NCBI GenBank assembly: GCA_964566925.1
Contig: CAZMIZ010000001.1
Span: forward strand, 7,248-71,247
Direction: 5' to 3'
DNA: 64,000 nt
Source: an uncultured Gammaproteobacteria bacterium
Lineage (GTDB): Bacteria > Patescibacteriota > Microgenomatia > PFEM01 > DATLAM01
In this document: positions 8,794-18,757 of the stretch, piece after piece
Layout: every line of letters begins with the position of its first letter
How positions within the stretch are numbered: position 1 is the stretch's first letter
Translations under genes and position numbers: made by a program
The notes under the pieces: model-generated
What the model was told of the DNA's origin: nothing
Databases searched by the model: none
What the model saw: only the letters and a program-made list of their open reading frames with translations

Positions 8794-9960
8794 TTAATAG
8801 ACAACTTCCTTCCCCGCCGGCACAACCTCAATCCAAATTTCGCCTTTATTGAATTCAATCTCTTTACCCTTACTATCTAAAAACTTTGTTCGATCTTCTC
8901 GGTCACCCTTTTTCCAAGTCCCTTTAATTACCTTACCATCGAGGAAAACCAAAGCCTCGCCGGTACCCGTCGTGTCATAGAGTAAATGTTTAAGATCATC
9001 AATTGGGCCTGTTTCGCGTGCAAATTGAACAACAATGTTTTTAGCGATCAACTGTTCATCATTGTTAAGATCTTTATGGGAACTACCACCATTGTTCCTT
9101 TTATAAGCATTCGCTCCTTGGTCATATTCCCAGGTAACTTTATATTCTCCATAGCCACTCCAAAAACTAATTTCAATTTTGTCAACATCGCCCCGGTCAC
9201 TATCATCATCTTTGAATTTCCAAGAGGTAAAGTCTTCTTCCCAACTGTTACCATTCTGGTCTTTTTCTGTGATGCCTCGTTCTTGGGCCACCTCCCAAAG
9301 CTTGTCGGCGGTAGAATACATCGTATGCTCGGTGGCTACCGGATGATCTAGTCGCTCATAATCGCGCCAAAAGGTGGGAAAACCAATGGAAAATTGGTTC
9401 ATATCATTGCCCTCAGCCAACCAACCATAATCCGCGATTTGGCCTAAGGCATTGGCTGGACCGGCCACATTGGCCCCGCCAACATGAGCATAAAGAGGAA
9501 ATTCGCCGTATTCTGAAATCCAATCAAGATAATAAGTTCGTGCGCTTCTCACTGGGCCAACGGTGATATCTTCAGCCGAAGCACCACAATAATAAACAGC
9601 CATAAAACGAGTGATGCCGCCTTCGGCGACCGCTTCATAGACAATGTCAGCTCGGGACAAACCAGATTGTGGCCGTGCTTCGGAGTGGTTTTCAATCATC
9701 ACTCCCAGTGGTCGGCGTTCTTTCCAGATATCCCTCTCCGCCGCCGTATACATTTTACCGTTAAGAGGACAGCTTTCTGTTTTAGGCGCATTGGGATCAA
9801 TCCGGAAACGACTTTCCCCCACAGAAACTGGTGAAGTTAAACCAACACCCGGCTCGCCCCGAAGGTAAGAAAAGGCAGCGTAAGAGAGACCCGAAGAAGC
9901 TAGATAAAGAACGAGTGCCCCGACAATTAAAGTTAATTTTTTCTTTTTTGAATCGTCCAT
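8794..9960 (-). CDS. DUF3048 (YerB-like) membrane-anchored protein
   Basis: RPLGVMIEN..ARPQSGL..ADIVYEAVAEGGITRF..GPVRSAR. Confidence 0.88.
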   Translation of the reverse strand: MDDSKKKKLTLIVGALVLYLASSGLSYAAFSYLRGEPGVGLTSPVSVGESRFRIDPNAPKTESCPLNGKMYTAAERDIWKERRPLGVMIENHSEARPQSGLSRADIVYEAVAEGGITRFMAVYYCGASAEDITVGPVRSARTYYLDWISEYGEFPLYAHVGGANVAGPANALGQIADYGWLAEGNDMNQFSIGFPTFWRDYERLDHPVATEHTMYSTADKLWEVAQERGITEKDQNGNSWEEDFTSWKFKDDDSDRGDVDKIEISFWSGYGEYKVTWEYDQGANAYKRNNGGSSHKDLNNDEQLIAKNIVVQFARETGPIDDLKHLLYDTTGTGEALVFLDGKVIKGTWKKGDREDRTKFLDSKGKEIEFNKGEIWIEVVPAGKEVVY

Positions 9961-9964
9961 AATT

Positions 9965-10438
9965 TTATTTTATCTTTTTAGCGCTTTTAATGGCTCGTTT
10001 CTCCTCGGTTGAGAGCTCGTAACCCGAAGCCTTACCTTTCTTTACTGGCTTGGCATAGAGTCGGGTTGAATCACGGCTGTGGAGGCTAGAAATGACAAAA
10101 CCGCTACCTTCATCGTTTAAAAGGGCGAGGGTAAAGCTTTGGTTCCCACCCGTGTCAGCAAAAGGATTAAACCGAACCAGCCCTACCTTTTGAATATGTA
10201 AATGTCCGTCTCTCTCTACATTTTCTAACTGCTTAACGATTTTGTCAATCCTCTCTTCTTCTTTCTCGGCACCTTTTAAGAGTTTCTCTAAAATCGTTTT
10301 TAAGTCTTTTTTGGTTACCCCGGCCGTTAAGCGCCGATAATGAGTTAAATTGCGATAAGCCAACCAGGATAGAGCTGCGAGCCAAATAAAGACGGCGCCC
10401 GTGATTAGCCAGCCAATTTGGTCCAAATTGAGTAACAT
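9965..10438 (-). CDS. DUF4446 family protein
   Basis: KVGLVRFNPF.DTGGNQSF.LALL..SSLHSR..YAKP..LS.EE. Confidence 0.85.
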   Translation of the reverse strand: MLLNLDQIGWLITGAVFIWLAALSWLAYRNLTHYRRLTAGVTKKDLKTILEKLLKGAEKEEERIDKIVKQLENVERDGHLHIQKVGLVRFNPFADTGGNQSFTLALLNDEGSGFVISSLHSRDSTRLYAKPVKKGKASGYELSTEEKRAIKSAKKIK

Positions 10439-10491
10439 CCGTGTCCTTTATTCTAATGAGTTAATTCTTGACTGTCAACAGGAGCCTTAAT

Positions 10492-11148
10492 TCAATCTTT
10501 TCCCTCCCACTCGGCAAAAAATTGATTTAGATAGTCTTCCATAAACTGATGTCTTTTTTCAGCCCAGCGCTTACCGGTTTTGGTATGCATCCGGTCTTTC
10601 AGGAGTAAAAGTTTTTCATAAAAATGATTAAGCGTTGTTTGGCTCCCCTTTTTATAATCTTTAAAAATTAAATTCTTCCTCGGTTTAGCTTTTGGATTGT
10701 GAAGCAATCTCCTTTTTCCCCCACCATAAGTAAAGGCTCTGGCAATTCCTATTGCTCCAATTGCATCCAATCGATCCGCGTCCTGAACTACCCTGCCCTC
10801 AATTGATTTTAATCTATCCTTTTCATTTTCGCCCTTAAAAGAAACACCAGCAACAATTTCGCTCACGCAAGAAACTATCCCCAGAGTCACCCCTAGGTTT
10901 TCCAGCCATTCCTTGGCCACCATAGCTCCAACCGAAGTTTCTCTTTTGTCTTGGAATTTCCAATCAGCAATGTCATGAAGAAGAGCTCCAAGTTCGACTA
11001 CGAACATGTTTGCTTTTTCTTTTTTGCCAATTTTCTTAGCCATTTGCCAAACCCGATAGGTATGCCACCAATCATGTCCGCTTTCTCCACCAGAAAGCTT
11101 ATCTTTGACAAACTTTTCTGTTTTTTTAATAATCTCTTCTTTCGTCAT
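10492..11148 (-). CDS. HD-domain phosphohydrolase (YedJ-like)
   Basis: HDWWH, LLHD, VQDADRLDAIGAIGIAR, HFYEKLL. Confidence 0.9.
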   Translation of the reverse strand: MTKEEIIKKTEKFVKDKLSGGESGHDWWHTYRVWQMAKKIGKKEKANMFVVELGALLHDIADWKFQDKRETSVGAMVAKEWLENLGVTLGIVSCVSEIVAGVSFKGENEKDRLKSIEGRVVQDADRLDAIGAIGIARAFTYGGGKRRLLHNPKAKPRKNLIFKDYKKGSQTTLNHFYEKLLLLKDRMHTKTGKRWAEKRHQFMEDYLNQFFAEWEGKD

Positions 11149-11186
11149 CCCCTTATTCTCCTACACTAAGAGCTTCGCATTTTAAA

Positions 11187-11816
11187 CTACAATCTTTTCA
11201 TTAAATATTCATCAAACCATTTGGCAGGAGGCTTTCTTTTTTGCCTCTTAAACGGTTTACTTTTATTTGTTTCCAAAATTTTAAAATAAGCTCCAAAAAG
11301 TTGCTGGATCTCTTTTTTAGAAAATAAATAGATCGACCCCACGCTGCGGCGGGCAAATTCTTTTTTAACACCCTCTTTACTAAAACATCTTAAAAGTAAT
11401 CTTCCTCCTTTTTTAGTGTGCTTGGCTACTTCATTAATATATTTCTTTCTTTTGCTTTTTGGGATGCCATGAAGATTAGCCCAATCCAGAACAAAGTCAA
11501 ACTTCTTATTGCTAAGAAAGCTCAAATCAACAGCATCTGCCACGATAAACCTTATTTCAACTTTTTCCCTTTTAGCCTTTTCTTTGGCGAATTTGATCGC
11601 TGTGGGAGAAATATCAATTCCAGTAACTTTAAACCTTTTTTTAGCCAGGTAAATCGCTTTTGCGCCAAGACCACAACCTAAATCCAAAGTTAAACCAGGT
11701 TTAACTTTCCCTGATTCGATAACGCTAGTAAAATAACTCGCCTGAGTCTTTTGCCAATAGACCTTTCCTAAAGGGGTTTTCGCGTAGAACCGCTCCCACC
11801 CAGAACGAGGATCCAT
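11187..11816 (-). CDS. Class I SAM-dependent methyltransferase
   Basis: LDLGCGLG, GIDISPTAI, FDFVLD. Confidence 0.9.
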   Translation of the reverse strand: MDPRSGWERFYAKTPLGKVYWQKTQASYFTSVIESGKVKPGLTLDLGCGLGAKAIYLAKKRFKVTGIDISPTAIKFAKEKAKREKVEIRFIVADAVDLSFLSNKKFDFVLDWANLHGIPKSKRKKYINEVAKHTKKGGRLLLRCFSKEGVKKEFARRSVGSIYLFSKKEIQQLFGAYFKILETNKSKPFKRQKRKPPAKWFDEYLMKRL

Positions 11817-11884
11817 GCCCTCATTCTATCACAAGCAAAGCCTCCTTGATTCCCGAACTTTTTTATGCTAGGCTAGGGGCACTT

Positions 11885-12175
11885 ATGGCTAAGAAAAGAA
11901 AAACTAAAAGAGAAAAAATCATTATCCAACTAAGAAGAGAGCTTGCCAGACAAAAACAAAAAACGATCACTCCAAGCACAAAATCTGAAGTCAGTCAAGA
12001 GGCAATTTCAAAACAGGTTCAAATCAAGCCTAAAAAGCCTAAACCGATAAAAAAGGCCGATATTTCCATCTTTTTTTACGATCCGAGGCTAGTGAAGAGA
12101 GATCTAGCTAAGACTTTGATCCTGGCTTCAATTGCAATTAGCCTCGAAGTTGTGCTATACTTATACCTGCGTTAG
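11885..12175 (+). CDS. Basic hypothetical protein with C-terminal TM helix
   Basis: MAKKRKTKREK...DLAKTLILASIAISLEVVLYL; start set to ATG 11885. Confidence 0.65.
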   Translation: MAKKRKTKREKIIIQLRRELARQKQKTITPSTKSEVSQEAISKQVQIKPKKPKPIKKADISIFFYDPRLVKRDLAKTLILASIAISLEVVLYLYLR

Positions 12176-12217
12176 GTTTGACATTTATCTCTGCCCGAAA
12201 ATAAAAATATTCCTTAG

Positions 12218-12234
12218 CCCCGCCCCTGGCGGGG
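12218..12234. repeat. CCGCC-n-GGCGG palindromic mini-element
   Basis: CCCCGCC-CCT-GGCGGGG; related copies at 28813 and 44030. Confidence 0.55.
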
Positions 12235-12261
12235 TGAGAAGAGAGGGGGTGAAAAGAATCT

Positions 12262-12402
12262 ATGGCAGATTTCTATTGTGTAAAGTGCCGCGCTAAGAGG
12301 AACGGAAAGAACGTTCAAAAAGTGACCATGAAGAACGGCAAACCCGCCAGAAAAGCAGTTTGCGAGAAGTGCGGTACCACTATGTTCCGAATCGGCGGCT
12401 AA
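12262..12402 (+). CDS. 46-aa zinc-ribbon protein (DUF5679-like), absent from the ORF track
   Basis: MADFYCVKCRAKRNGKNVQKVTMKNGKPARKAVCEKCGTTMFRIGG; SD GGGGGTGA upstream, hairpins downstream. Confidence 0.85.
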   Translation: MADFYCVKCRAKRNGKNVQKVTMKNGKPARKAVCEKCGTTMFRIGG

Positions 12403-12426
12403 GGAGGACTTTAAAATCTTTCCTTA

Positions 12427-12490
12427 AAACAAACCTGACTCCCTTTGTCGGGAGGAGGTTTGTTTATATGCGCTTTAAGGCGCTTTTTTT
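12427..12490. terminator. Hairpins/terminator between convergent DUF5679-like gene and comM
   Basis: AAACAAACCT..CTCCC-loop-GGGAG..AGGTTTGTTT, then a GCGC hairpin plus T run. Confidence 0.55.
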
Positions 12491-12497
12491 ATTTCTC

Positions 12498-14024
12498 TTA
12501 AGCCTCTTCTCTAGGCCGGTATTGAAGGGCCTCGGCAATATAAGTCGGACTAATTTCATCATCACCAGCTAAGTCGGCAATCGTCCTGGCCACCTTAATC
12601 ACCCGGAAATAACTCCGGGCAGAAAGATTTATTTGGGAAACGGCTTGGCGAAGAAGATTAAGACAATCTTTAGAAAGTAAGCAAAACTTCTTAATGTGGC
12701 GGGTTTGCATTTCAGTATTACAGGTAAGCTTCTTATTCCTAAAACGTTCTCTTTGCCGGTCTCGAGCTTTTTGAACTTTTTGGCGAATACTTTTTGATTC
12801 CTCGGCCACAATCCCCTCACGGGTGAGTTTGTCTACATCAACGGTCGGAACTTCAACATGAAGATCAATTCGATCAAGAATGGGACCGGAAAGTCTTTTT
12901 TGATAGCGAATTATTTGACCGGGGAGACAACGACACTGCTTCTTCTTATCCCCTAAATAACCACAGGGACAAGGATTGGAAGCGGCCACCATAATAAACT
13001 TAGCCGGAAAAGAAAGGGTCCCTCTGGCTCGAGAAATAGTAACAATCCCATCTTCCATGGGTTGACGCAAGGCCTCTAAAACATGACGGGGAAATTCAGG
13101 AAACTCATCCAGAAAAAGAACGCCGCGGTGGGCCAAGGAAATTTCACCAGGCCTAGGCCGCGTGCCGCCGCCGATAAGGCCAATTCTGGAAGTCGTGTGA
13201 TGGGGCGAACGAAAAGGTCTCTGTTTAATCACCGAAGTGCCTTGAGGGAGGTTGCCTGTAATGGAATAGATCTTGGTAACCTCCAAGGACTCTTCCTCAG
13301 TCAAATCTGGCAAAATTCCCGCTAAAGCCCGTGCTAACATTGTTTTGCCTGCTCCCGGAACACCTTTCATAAAGAGATTGTGTCCCCCAGCCGCTGCAAT
13401 TTCTAAGGCTCGTTTGGCTTGTTCCTGGCCGCGAACCTCAGACATGTCAAATTCGAATTGAACATCTTTGATCAAAGAAGAAAAACTGGTATGGGGCTGC
13501 TTTCTGATTTTATCAATTCCGGTTAGATGACTAAAAAGCTGAAGGAGCGAAGCAATCGGATAAACTTTCAAGCCTTTGATAATTGAAGCCTCTTTGGCAT
13601 TAACCGCCGGCAAAAACAGTCTTTTAAATTTTTTCTTTTTAGTCAAAAGAGCTAGTGGTAAAACCCCATTAGTGTGACGCAATGAGCCGTCTAAAGAGAG
13701 CTCACCCAAAACAAGAGTATCGTCCAGTTTAGCTTTTAATTGACCGGCGGCCATTAAAATGCCTAAAGCCATCGGCAGATCATAGGCCGGCCCTTCTTTA
13801 GGAAGGTCTGCCGGAGCCAGATTAATGGTAATCCGATGGGTGGGAAAATCAGCTCCGGAATTTTTGATGGCACTTCGAACCCGCTCTTTAGCTTCCTCGA
13901 CCGCTTTATCGGGAAGACCAACGATCGTGAAAGAAGGTAAGCCTGCAGAAGAAACATCAACTTCGACTTCTACGGGGATTGAATCCAATCCCACTGTTGC
14001 CCCAGAGAAAACCCTCGCCAGCAT
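12498..14024 (-). CDS. comM: YifB/ComM Mg-chelatase-like AAA+ ATPase
   Basis: VGLPDKAVEE, NLAPADLPKEG, GVPGAGKTM, RPFRSPHH, LAHRGVLFLDE, NPCPCG. Confidence 0.92.
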   Translation of the reverse strand: MLARVFSGATVGLDSIPVEVEVDVSSAGLPSFTIVGLPDKAVEEAKERVRSAIKNSGADFPTHRITINLAPADLPKEGPAYDLPMALGILMAAGQLKAKLDDTLVLGELSLDGSLRHTNGVLPLALLTKKKKFKRLFLPAVNAKEASIIKGLKVYPIASLLQLFSHLTGIDKIRKQPHTSFSSLIKDVQFEFDMSEVRGQEQAKRALEIAAAGGHNLFMKGVPGAGKTMLARALAGILPDLTEEESLEVTKIYSITGNLPQGTSVIKQRPFRSPHHTTSRIGLIGGGTRPRPGEISLAHRGVLFLDEFPEFPRHVLEALRQPMEDGIVTISRARGTLSFPAKFIMVAASNPCPCGYLGDKKKQCRCLPGQIIRYQKRLSGPILDRIDLHVEVPTVDVDKLTREGIVAEESKSIRQKVQKARDRQRERFRNKKLTCNTEMQTRHIKKFCLLSKDCLNLLRQAVSQINLSARSYFRVIKVARTIADLAGDDEISPTYIAEALQYRPREEA

Positions 14025-14073
14025 TAATTAAATAATAACACAAGATTAAGAATTCCTATTTTCCGAAGACTAA

Positions 14074-14490
14074 TTAAGATTGAAGTTTAGCCAGTTCTTT
14101 TTTTAGCCTTTTCATTTCCTTAGCCAAATCTTTCTGGATTCTCTTAATTTCCATTAATTGGCGATCAGCCTTCTCATCAAGCTTAATATCATGTTCTATT
14201 CGTTCTCGATCCCTTTTTCTTAGCCTGGCTTCATGAAGGTCTCTTTTTAATTCCGCTTTATTGGCGGCCATTAGAAGAAAAATGCCAATAAAAATCGCCT
14301 CTAGAGAAACGCTAAAGGTCAGCAGATTAACATCAAAATCAAGAATCAACCAAAGGCTGAACCAAAGAGTATGAAAGAAAACCGCCCACCAACTACCCAA
14401 AAACCAAGAAATCAAATCAGTAAACTTCTCCATCAAAGTCTTGGTCTTTTTGGGAATCTTAGCAGCTTTATTTAAAGGCTTAACATCCAT
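14074..14490 (-). CDS. DUF1003-like membrane protein
   Basis: GSWW..H..WF..W, LLTFSVSLEAIF..FLLM, C-terminal coiled coil. Confidence 0.75.
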   Translation of the reverse strand: MDVKPLNKAAKIPKKTKTLMEKFTDLISWFLGSWWAVFFHTLWFSLWLILDFDVNLLTFSVSLEAIFIGIFLLMAANKAELKRDLHEARLRKRDRERIEHDIKLDEKADRQLMEIKRIQKDLAKEMKRLKKELAKLQS

Positions 14491-14558
14491 CGCTTAATTC
14501 TACTATAACAAACCAAAAAACCGAAGGTCAACCAACTAAACAACAATTTTTAATGTCT

Positions 14559-15086
14559 CTACTGCTTCGCCGCGTCTCTAGAAATCTCAACCCATGGCTC
14601 TTGAAACTCTTGTCTCCATTTCCTATGATAATAATTCTCTGCTTCTTTAAGTTCAGGCCGCTCCCCCTTCTGTTGTTTAACCCAATCACGCATCGAAAGC
14701 CAAACCCTTCTAGCTTTTTCCAAAGATTTAGGCTTAGACCAATCAGAAGCTTTAACTACTTTTTGGGCTTCTTTCAATCTTTCTCTTATATCATCAGGCA
14801 GCTCAGAAACGCCAGTTTCCCAATCTAAACGAGCTAATAATAAATGGCGAGATTTCTCAGCTAAATCAGGCCTAGAAGTAGTTATGGGAGCAACGCAAGC
14901 ATCATCATCTCCGGTAATAATATGGAGAGTAAAACCTAATATTAACTTTTCAATATCCTTTTGATCAAATCCGTATTGGGGAGCAACTGCCCGCAGCCAG
15001 TCAGATTGAACCTGAGGAAATTTTCCCCAAAATTGAGGATCTTCCACTTTGGGTTTAGGAATGTCGGGTTGCTCAAATTCGGCCAT
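14559..15086 (-). CDS. Hypothetical protein
   Basis: 175-aa ORF with TGaTAGAAT 10 nt upstream; no recognisable motif. Confidence 0.65.
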   Translation of the reverse strand: MAEFEQPDIPKPKVEDPQFWGKFPQVQSDWLRAVAPQYGFDQKDIEKLILGFTLHIITGDDDACVAPITTSRPDLAEKSRHLLLARLDWETGVSELPDDIRERLKEAQKVVKASDWSKPKSLEKARRVWLSMRDWVKQQKGERPELKEAENYYHRKWRQEFQEPWVEISRDAAKQ

Positions 15087-15121
15087 AATGGCTTTTATTC
15101 TATCATTTTAAGCCAAAAGAG

Positions 15122-16678
15122 TCAGGGGAGATGATACTCAAATCTTTTAACCGCTTCCCATTGCTCCGGAGAAATTTCTTCTACCTTGGTTTCCTTAACG
15201 TATAAACAGGTTTTTTTACCGGCAAAGTAAAGTTGGACATAGTTAACAGCTCTTTCTTCGGAGAAGTTTCTAGCGGTCGTTGTGCCCGAAGGACAAAAGC
15301 CGTAATAGAAATCCGGAGGCTGATGACGAAACATCTCCTCCCGGGCCTCAACATAGCGAGGAAAACCCTGCATTAAGTAGGTATACCAAGAATATTGATA
15401 GGCTGGCTTAAGATCAGCCTGCCAATAAACTAAATCCTGCCTATTATCGTCTAAAAACAAAGTATCACCGGGGTTAGCTAAAAGCTTAATCACTTCTCCT
15501 TTTGATAAATAGTCAGCATAATTGGTGACTAACTCCTCATGGCGATCAACTTTATCCCAGAGATAGGAGCCTGGTTTAAGCATCAAAAAACCTAAAGCTA
15601 TAAAAATCAAAGCGGTCAGGCCATAAGCCAACTCTTTCCTGGAATCGCTAAGGGATGATAAAAGGAAAAAAATGGTTATCAAAAACAAGGCATACCACTG
15701 AATCATATGAAAGGCTTCGTAAAAAATTGTTCCAGAAATGACCACCCGGAGGTTGGCCAAGCCTAAGAGAAAAATAAGGATGATGATTGGCTTTGTCTTT
15801 TTCAGCTTCTTAATCCCCAACCAAATTAAAAAAAGAAAAACGCTGTCCAACACCACTAGAAAAATCCGAAAAGAGTTCCATTTACCACCAAAGAAAAGGA
15901 ACAAAGGGTAAGCAAAGCTTTTAATGATTCCCCCATCAGCCAGAAGATTGTTTTTTGTTTCGGTCATGGCCACTGAAGCCGCATTGACTTTAAAAACATT
16001 GAAAAAATAATCTCTTAAAGGAAAAGATAAGAGCGTTAGCGAGGTTAAAAAAAGGAAAATCAGAAAGGAAATCAGTTTTGTTTTCCTCTTTTTCTCGTTC
16101 CATAAAAGAAGAAAATATAAAAAGGCTGCTAAGGGAACATAGGGTTCCCTGGCAAAAATCACCAACCAGGTAAAAAGACCGGCCAACAGATAATCAGCAC
16201 CCCAAATCGGCCGCTTTTCAAATTGATACCAAACTAGCCCGAATAAATAAACTAAAGGATAAACAATAAACGATTCAGCTAAAAAGCGGTCGCCAAAAAG
16301 ATAAAATTTGGTTAACTCATAGAAAATAATGAATCCCACTCCCGCCAGGCGAAATCTTAAAATAATTAAAACGCCCATCGCCAAAGAAAAAGCAAACAGG
16401 CAAAAACGATGAAATAATAAAAGCTCATAAAGGTTGGTTGGTTGAAGAACTTTTTGGACCAGATAGCTAAGAAAAGCCATCAACGGCTGGTGATTGAAAT
16501 AGATTTCTGAATATAAAATCTTACCTTTAAGCATAAAATAGCCAGCCACATAATTAAAACAGTCATCAAAGCAGCCAAAAGAAGAAGTCCGCGAGATCAA
16601 GATTTTGAAAACAAGAACAAAAAGGGGAATTAAAAGGAGAGAAATGAAAATGTTTCGTTTTTTGTTCACCACTGACAA
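15122..16678 (-). CDS. Polytopic membrane glycosyltransferase (GT-C/ArnT-like)
   Basis: N-terminal TM then DD..YVAG..G..LY...NHQPL, many TMs, C-terminal soluble domain (PPDF). Confidence 0.7.
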   Translation of the reverse strand: MSVVNKKRNIFISLLLIPLFVLVFKILISRTSSFGCFDDCFNYVAGYFMLKGKILYSEIYFNHQPLMAFLSYLVQKVLQPTNLYELLLFHRFCLFAFSLAMGVLIILRFRLAGVGFIIFYELTKFYLFGDRFLAESFIVYPLVYLFGLVWYQFEKRPIWGADYLLAGLFTWLVIFAREPYVPLAAFLYFLLLWNEKKRKTKLISFLIFLFLTSLTLLSFPLRDYFFNVFKVNAASVAMTETKNNLLADGGIIKSFAYPLFLFFGGKWNSFRIFLVVLDSVFLFLIWLGIKKLKKTKPIIILIFLLGLANLRVVISGTIFYEAFHMIQWYALFLITIFFLLSSLSDSRKELAYGLTALIFIALGFLMLKPGSYLWDKVDRHEELVTNYADYLSKGEVIKLLANPGDTLFLDDNRQDLVYWQADLKPAYQYSWYTYLMQGFPRYVEAREEMFRHQPPDFYYGFCPSGTTTARNFSEERAVNYVQLYFAGKKTCLYVKETKVEEISPEQWEAVKRFEYHLP

Positions 16679-16805
16679 TCTACCAGCATTATATCATCCG
16701 AACCGGAGTGGAATCCGAATTGTGGAAAAACACATGCTTCCCAGAGAATTCTAAAAAGTTTTTCGTCCTTTGAAGTTTTGGGGCAATTTCAAACCGCTCT
16801 GGGCA

Positions 16806-16833
16806 GGTCCAGCCCTTCACGAAGGGCTGGATC
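16806..16833. repeat. Palindromic element TCCAGCCCTTC-AC-GAAGGGCTGGA
   Basis: 11-bp perfect inverted repeat; GGGCAG(G)TCCAGCCCT flank shared with 8757-8771; may also act as terminator. Confidence 0.65.
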
Positions 16834-16846
16834 CCCTTCTAAGGGA

Positions 16847-17365
16847 TCACCATTTTTCTGGATGAACTCGATTTTCGTTATACTCTGATTCGTTGTGGTC
16901 TGGAATTTTTTCGTCGGGATAGCCAATAGGGAAAAGACAGAGAATTCTTTTTCCTTCGGGAATGTCCAGCTCTTTCTTGACCAACAATTCTCTTTCTTCG
17001 CCTTTTTCGTTCTTGCCTTTTAAAACATGAGCCCAACAGGTCCCTAATCCCTGATTGGTCGCCTCCAAATAAATGTGAGCGGCCGCCAAAACCGCATCTA
17101 ACAACCAAAACCTCTCGCTTTTGCCTGGATCAGCGACCACGACAATGACCACCGAAGCCCTTTTAATAAAATTTTGAAAGGAACCACAGGTTGAAAGCTT
17201 TTCCAGCTTTTGCTTGTCTCTAACGACCACATAGTCTAAAGGGTGAAGACTCTGGGCTGAAGGAGCAACCATGGCCGCCGTTAAGATTTGTTTTATCTTT
17301 TCATCACTAACCTTTTGACTGGTATACTTTCTGATGCTTCGTCTTTTTTTAAACAAACCGTGCAT
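16847..17365 (-). CDS. Nitroreductase family protein
   Basis: RRSIRKY, APSA, GLGTCW, IGYP. Confidence 0.92.
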   Translation of the reverse strand: MHGLFKKRRSIRKYTSQKVSDEKIKQILTAAMVAPSAQSLHPLDYVVVRDKQKLEKLSTCGSFQNFIKRASVVIVVVADPGKSERFWLLDAVLAAAHIYLEATNQGLGTCWAHVLKGKNEKGEERELLVKKELDIPEGKRILCLFPIGYPDEKIPDHNESEYNENRVHPEKW

Positions 17366-17453
17366 GTTAAGTTGATTTTACCAAAATTTTCTAATTTTTG
17401 CGATCAAGAATTCGTTTGTAGTATAATATAGGCTGTTTAGTTGAGAGGATTCT

Positions 17454-18275
17454 ATGCCCTTAGCTACAATCGAAATCCCACGTAATCTATATGATACCTT
17501 ACCAAAGGAAAGCAGAGAAGAATCTGCTGTGGCTGTATGTAATCAAGCCCTTGATTCTACCCTTCAAGGGCTGAAAATTCCGGACCTCGAAGATCGTGAA
17601 TATAGAGTAGCTTTAGTTGGTGACGATGAAAAGTCAAGGTTATCAATCGAATTCACCTGCGGAACCGATGAATACGAAACAGGAGAAATCTTTAATCCAG
17701 CAGAAGAACAGATCCACGCCACTGGTGTAGAAGTCCAGGCTAGCGCTCAAAGATCTGAATTCAACGTGGCGGAAACCGAAATAATATCATGGCGTGATAC
17801 CACATTTATTGAACGAGAGGAAGGTACCATAGAACCAACCGAATCGCTATCGCCAGGATGTGGAGACAAAGTAAGGAAAGCCAAAGTAACCCTCACGCTG
17901 TCGCCTGACGCAACCGAACGTATTCTTACTAGTCAAGCTGGTAGAGAACTCGAGTCAAGTAAATCCCCCGAGCTCGATGCAGCTAATACCATTGGGGAGG
18001 GGTTATCACTTTTAATTGCTGAAGCCCTCAGGCTGCCCGAAAATACTGAAAGATCTGTGAAGGTTTCACTTCCTCTTCTTGCTGAAACCCATATTGCCGT
18101 TGATGTTGATTTAGAGGTATCCGGAACCATTTCATCAGAAGACCGTTTGCTTCTAGCGAAAGCGATTGAGAGTCATCTTAATTCAAACGAACCCACCAGC
18201 CAGGGTATTGGTACCATTTGGGTTCGGCAAGGACAGCCAGCCAAAGATACTATTACCTCCGAAGATACAAAATAA
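17454..18275 (+). CDS. Acidic hypothetical protein, possibly tautomerase/MIF-like fold
   Basis: 273 aa, TATAAT and GAGGA upstream; begins M-P-L-A-T-I-E-I. Confidence 0.6.
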   Translation: MPLATIEIPRNLYDTLPKESREESAVAVCNQALDSTLQGLKIPDLEDREYRVALVGDDEKSRLSIEFTCGTDEYETGEIFNPAEEQIHATGVEVQASAQRSEFNVAETEIISWRDTTFIEREEGTIEPTESLSPGCGDKVRKAKVTLTLSPDATERILTSQAGRELESSKSPELDAANTIGEGLSLLIAEALRLPENTERSVKVSLPLLAETHIAVDVDLEVSGTISSEDRLLLAKAIESHLNSNEPTSQGIGTIWVRQGQPAKDTITSEDTK

Positions 18276-18336
18276 TCCTGAACGGCGCTAATTTAAATAA
18301 AAGATTCATCCAGGGACGGGATGTTAAGAAAAAAAC

Positions 18337-18651
18337 TCAAGCGAGAGCCAAAATCAGGATAAAAAGAAAAGTAAAGAAAGCCAGCCACCCAGCTGTAAAA
18401 ATCACCAACTTAAGCGCCTCAATCGTCTTCTTCTTCTCCCAAAATAAGATAAAAGGATAACCTAAAACAATTAAGGCGGAAATAATGGCCGAGACCACGA
18501 AAAGAACTAAAAACATGGCTGGAATTAAAAAGGTAAAGGGAGGCCCAAAAAGATTCTCTCCCTGCCAAAATAAAAGCCCAATTAGGCTACAATAAATCAC
18601 CAAACCAGTAGCCTGTAAAAAGGCAATAAAGCCAAGAGAAAATTTCCTCAT
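18337..18651 (-). CDS. Small membrane protein (3 TM)
   Basis: Hydrophobic 104-aa ORF with TGtTATAAT and GAGGGG upstream. Confidence 0.75.
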   Translation of the reverse strand: MRKFSLGFIAFLQATGLVIYCSLIGLLFWQGENLFGPPFTFLIPAMFLVLFVVSAIISALIVLGYPFILFWEKKKTIEALKLVIFTAGWLAFFTFLFILILALA

Positions 18652-18757
18652 TTTAAAATCCCCTCTTTTTTATTATAACACCTAAAGGAATCTCCCTGCT
18701 TTTTCTTTTCTGGAGCCCTGATTTTTGTTTGACCTATCCGATTCAAAGAAAAATGAA

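Noticed and set aside
12498-14024. Mg-chelatase / photosynthesis
   Set aside because: The Lon-like N-terminus and motifs identify YifB/ComM.
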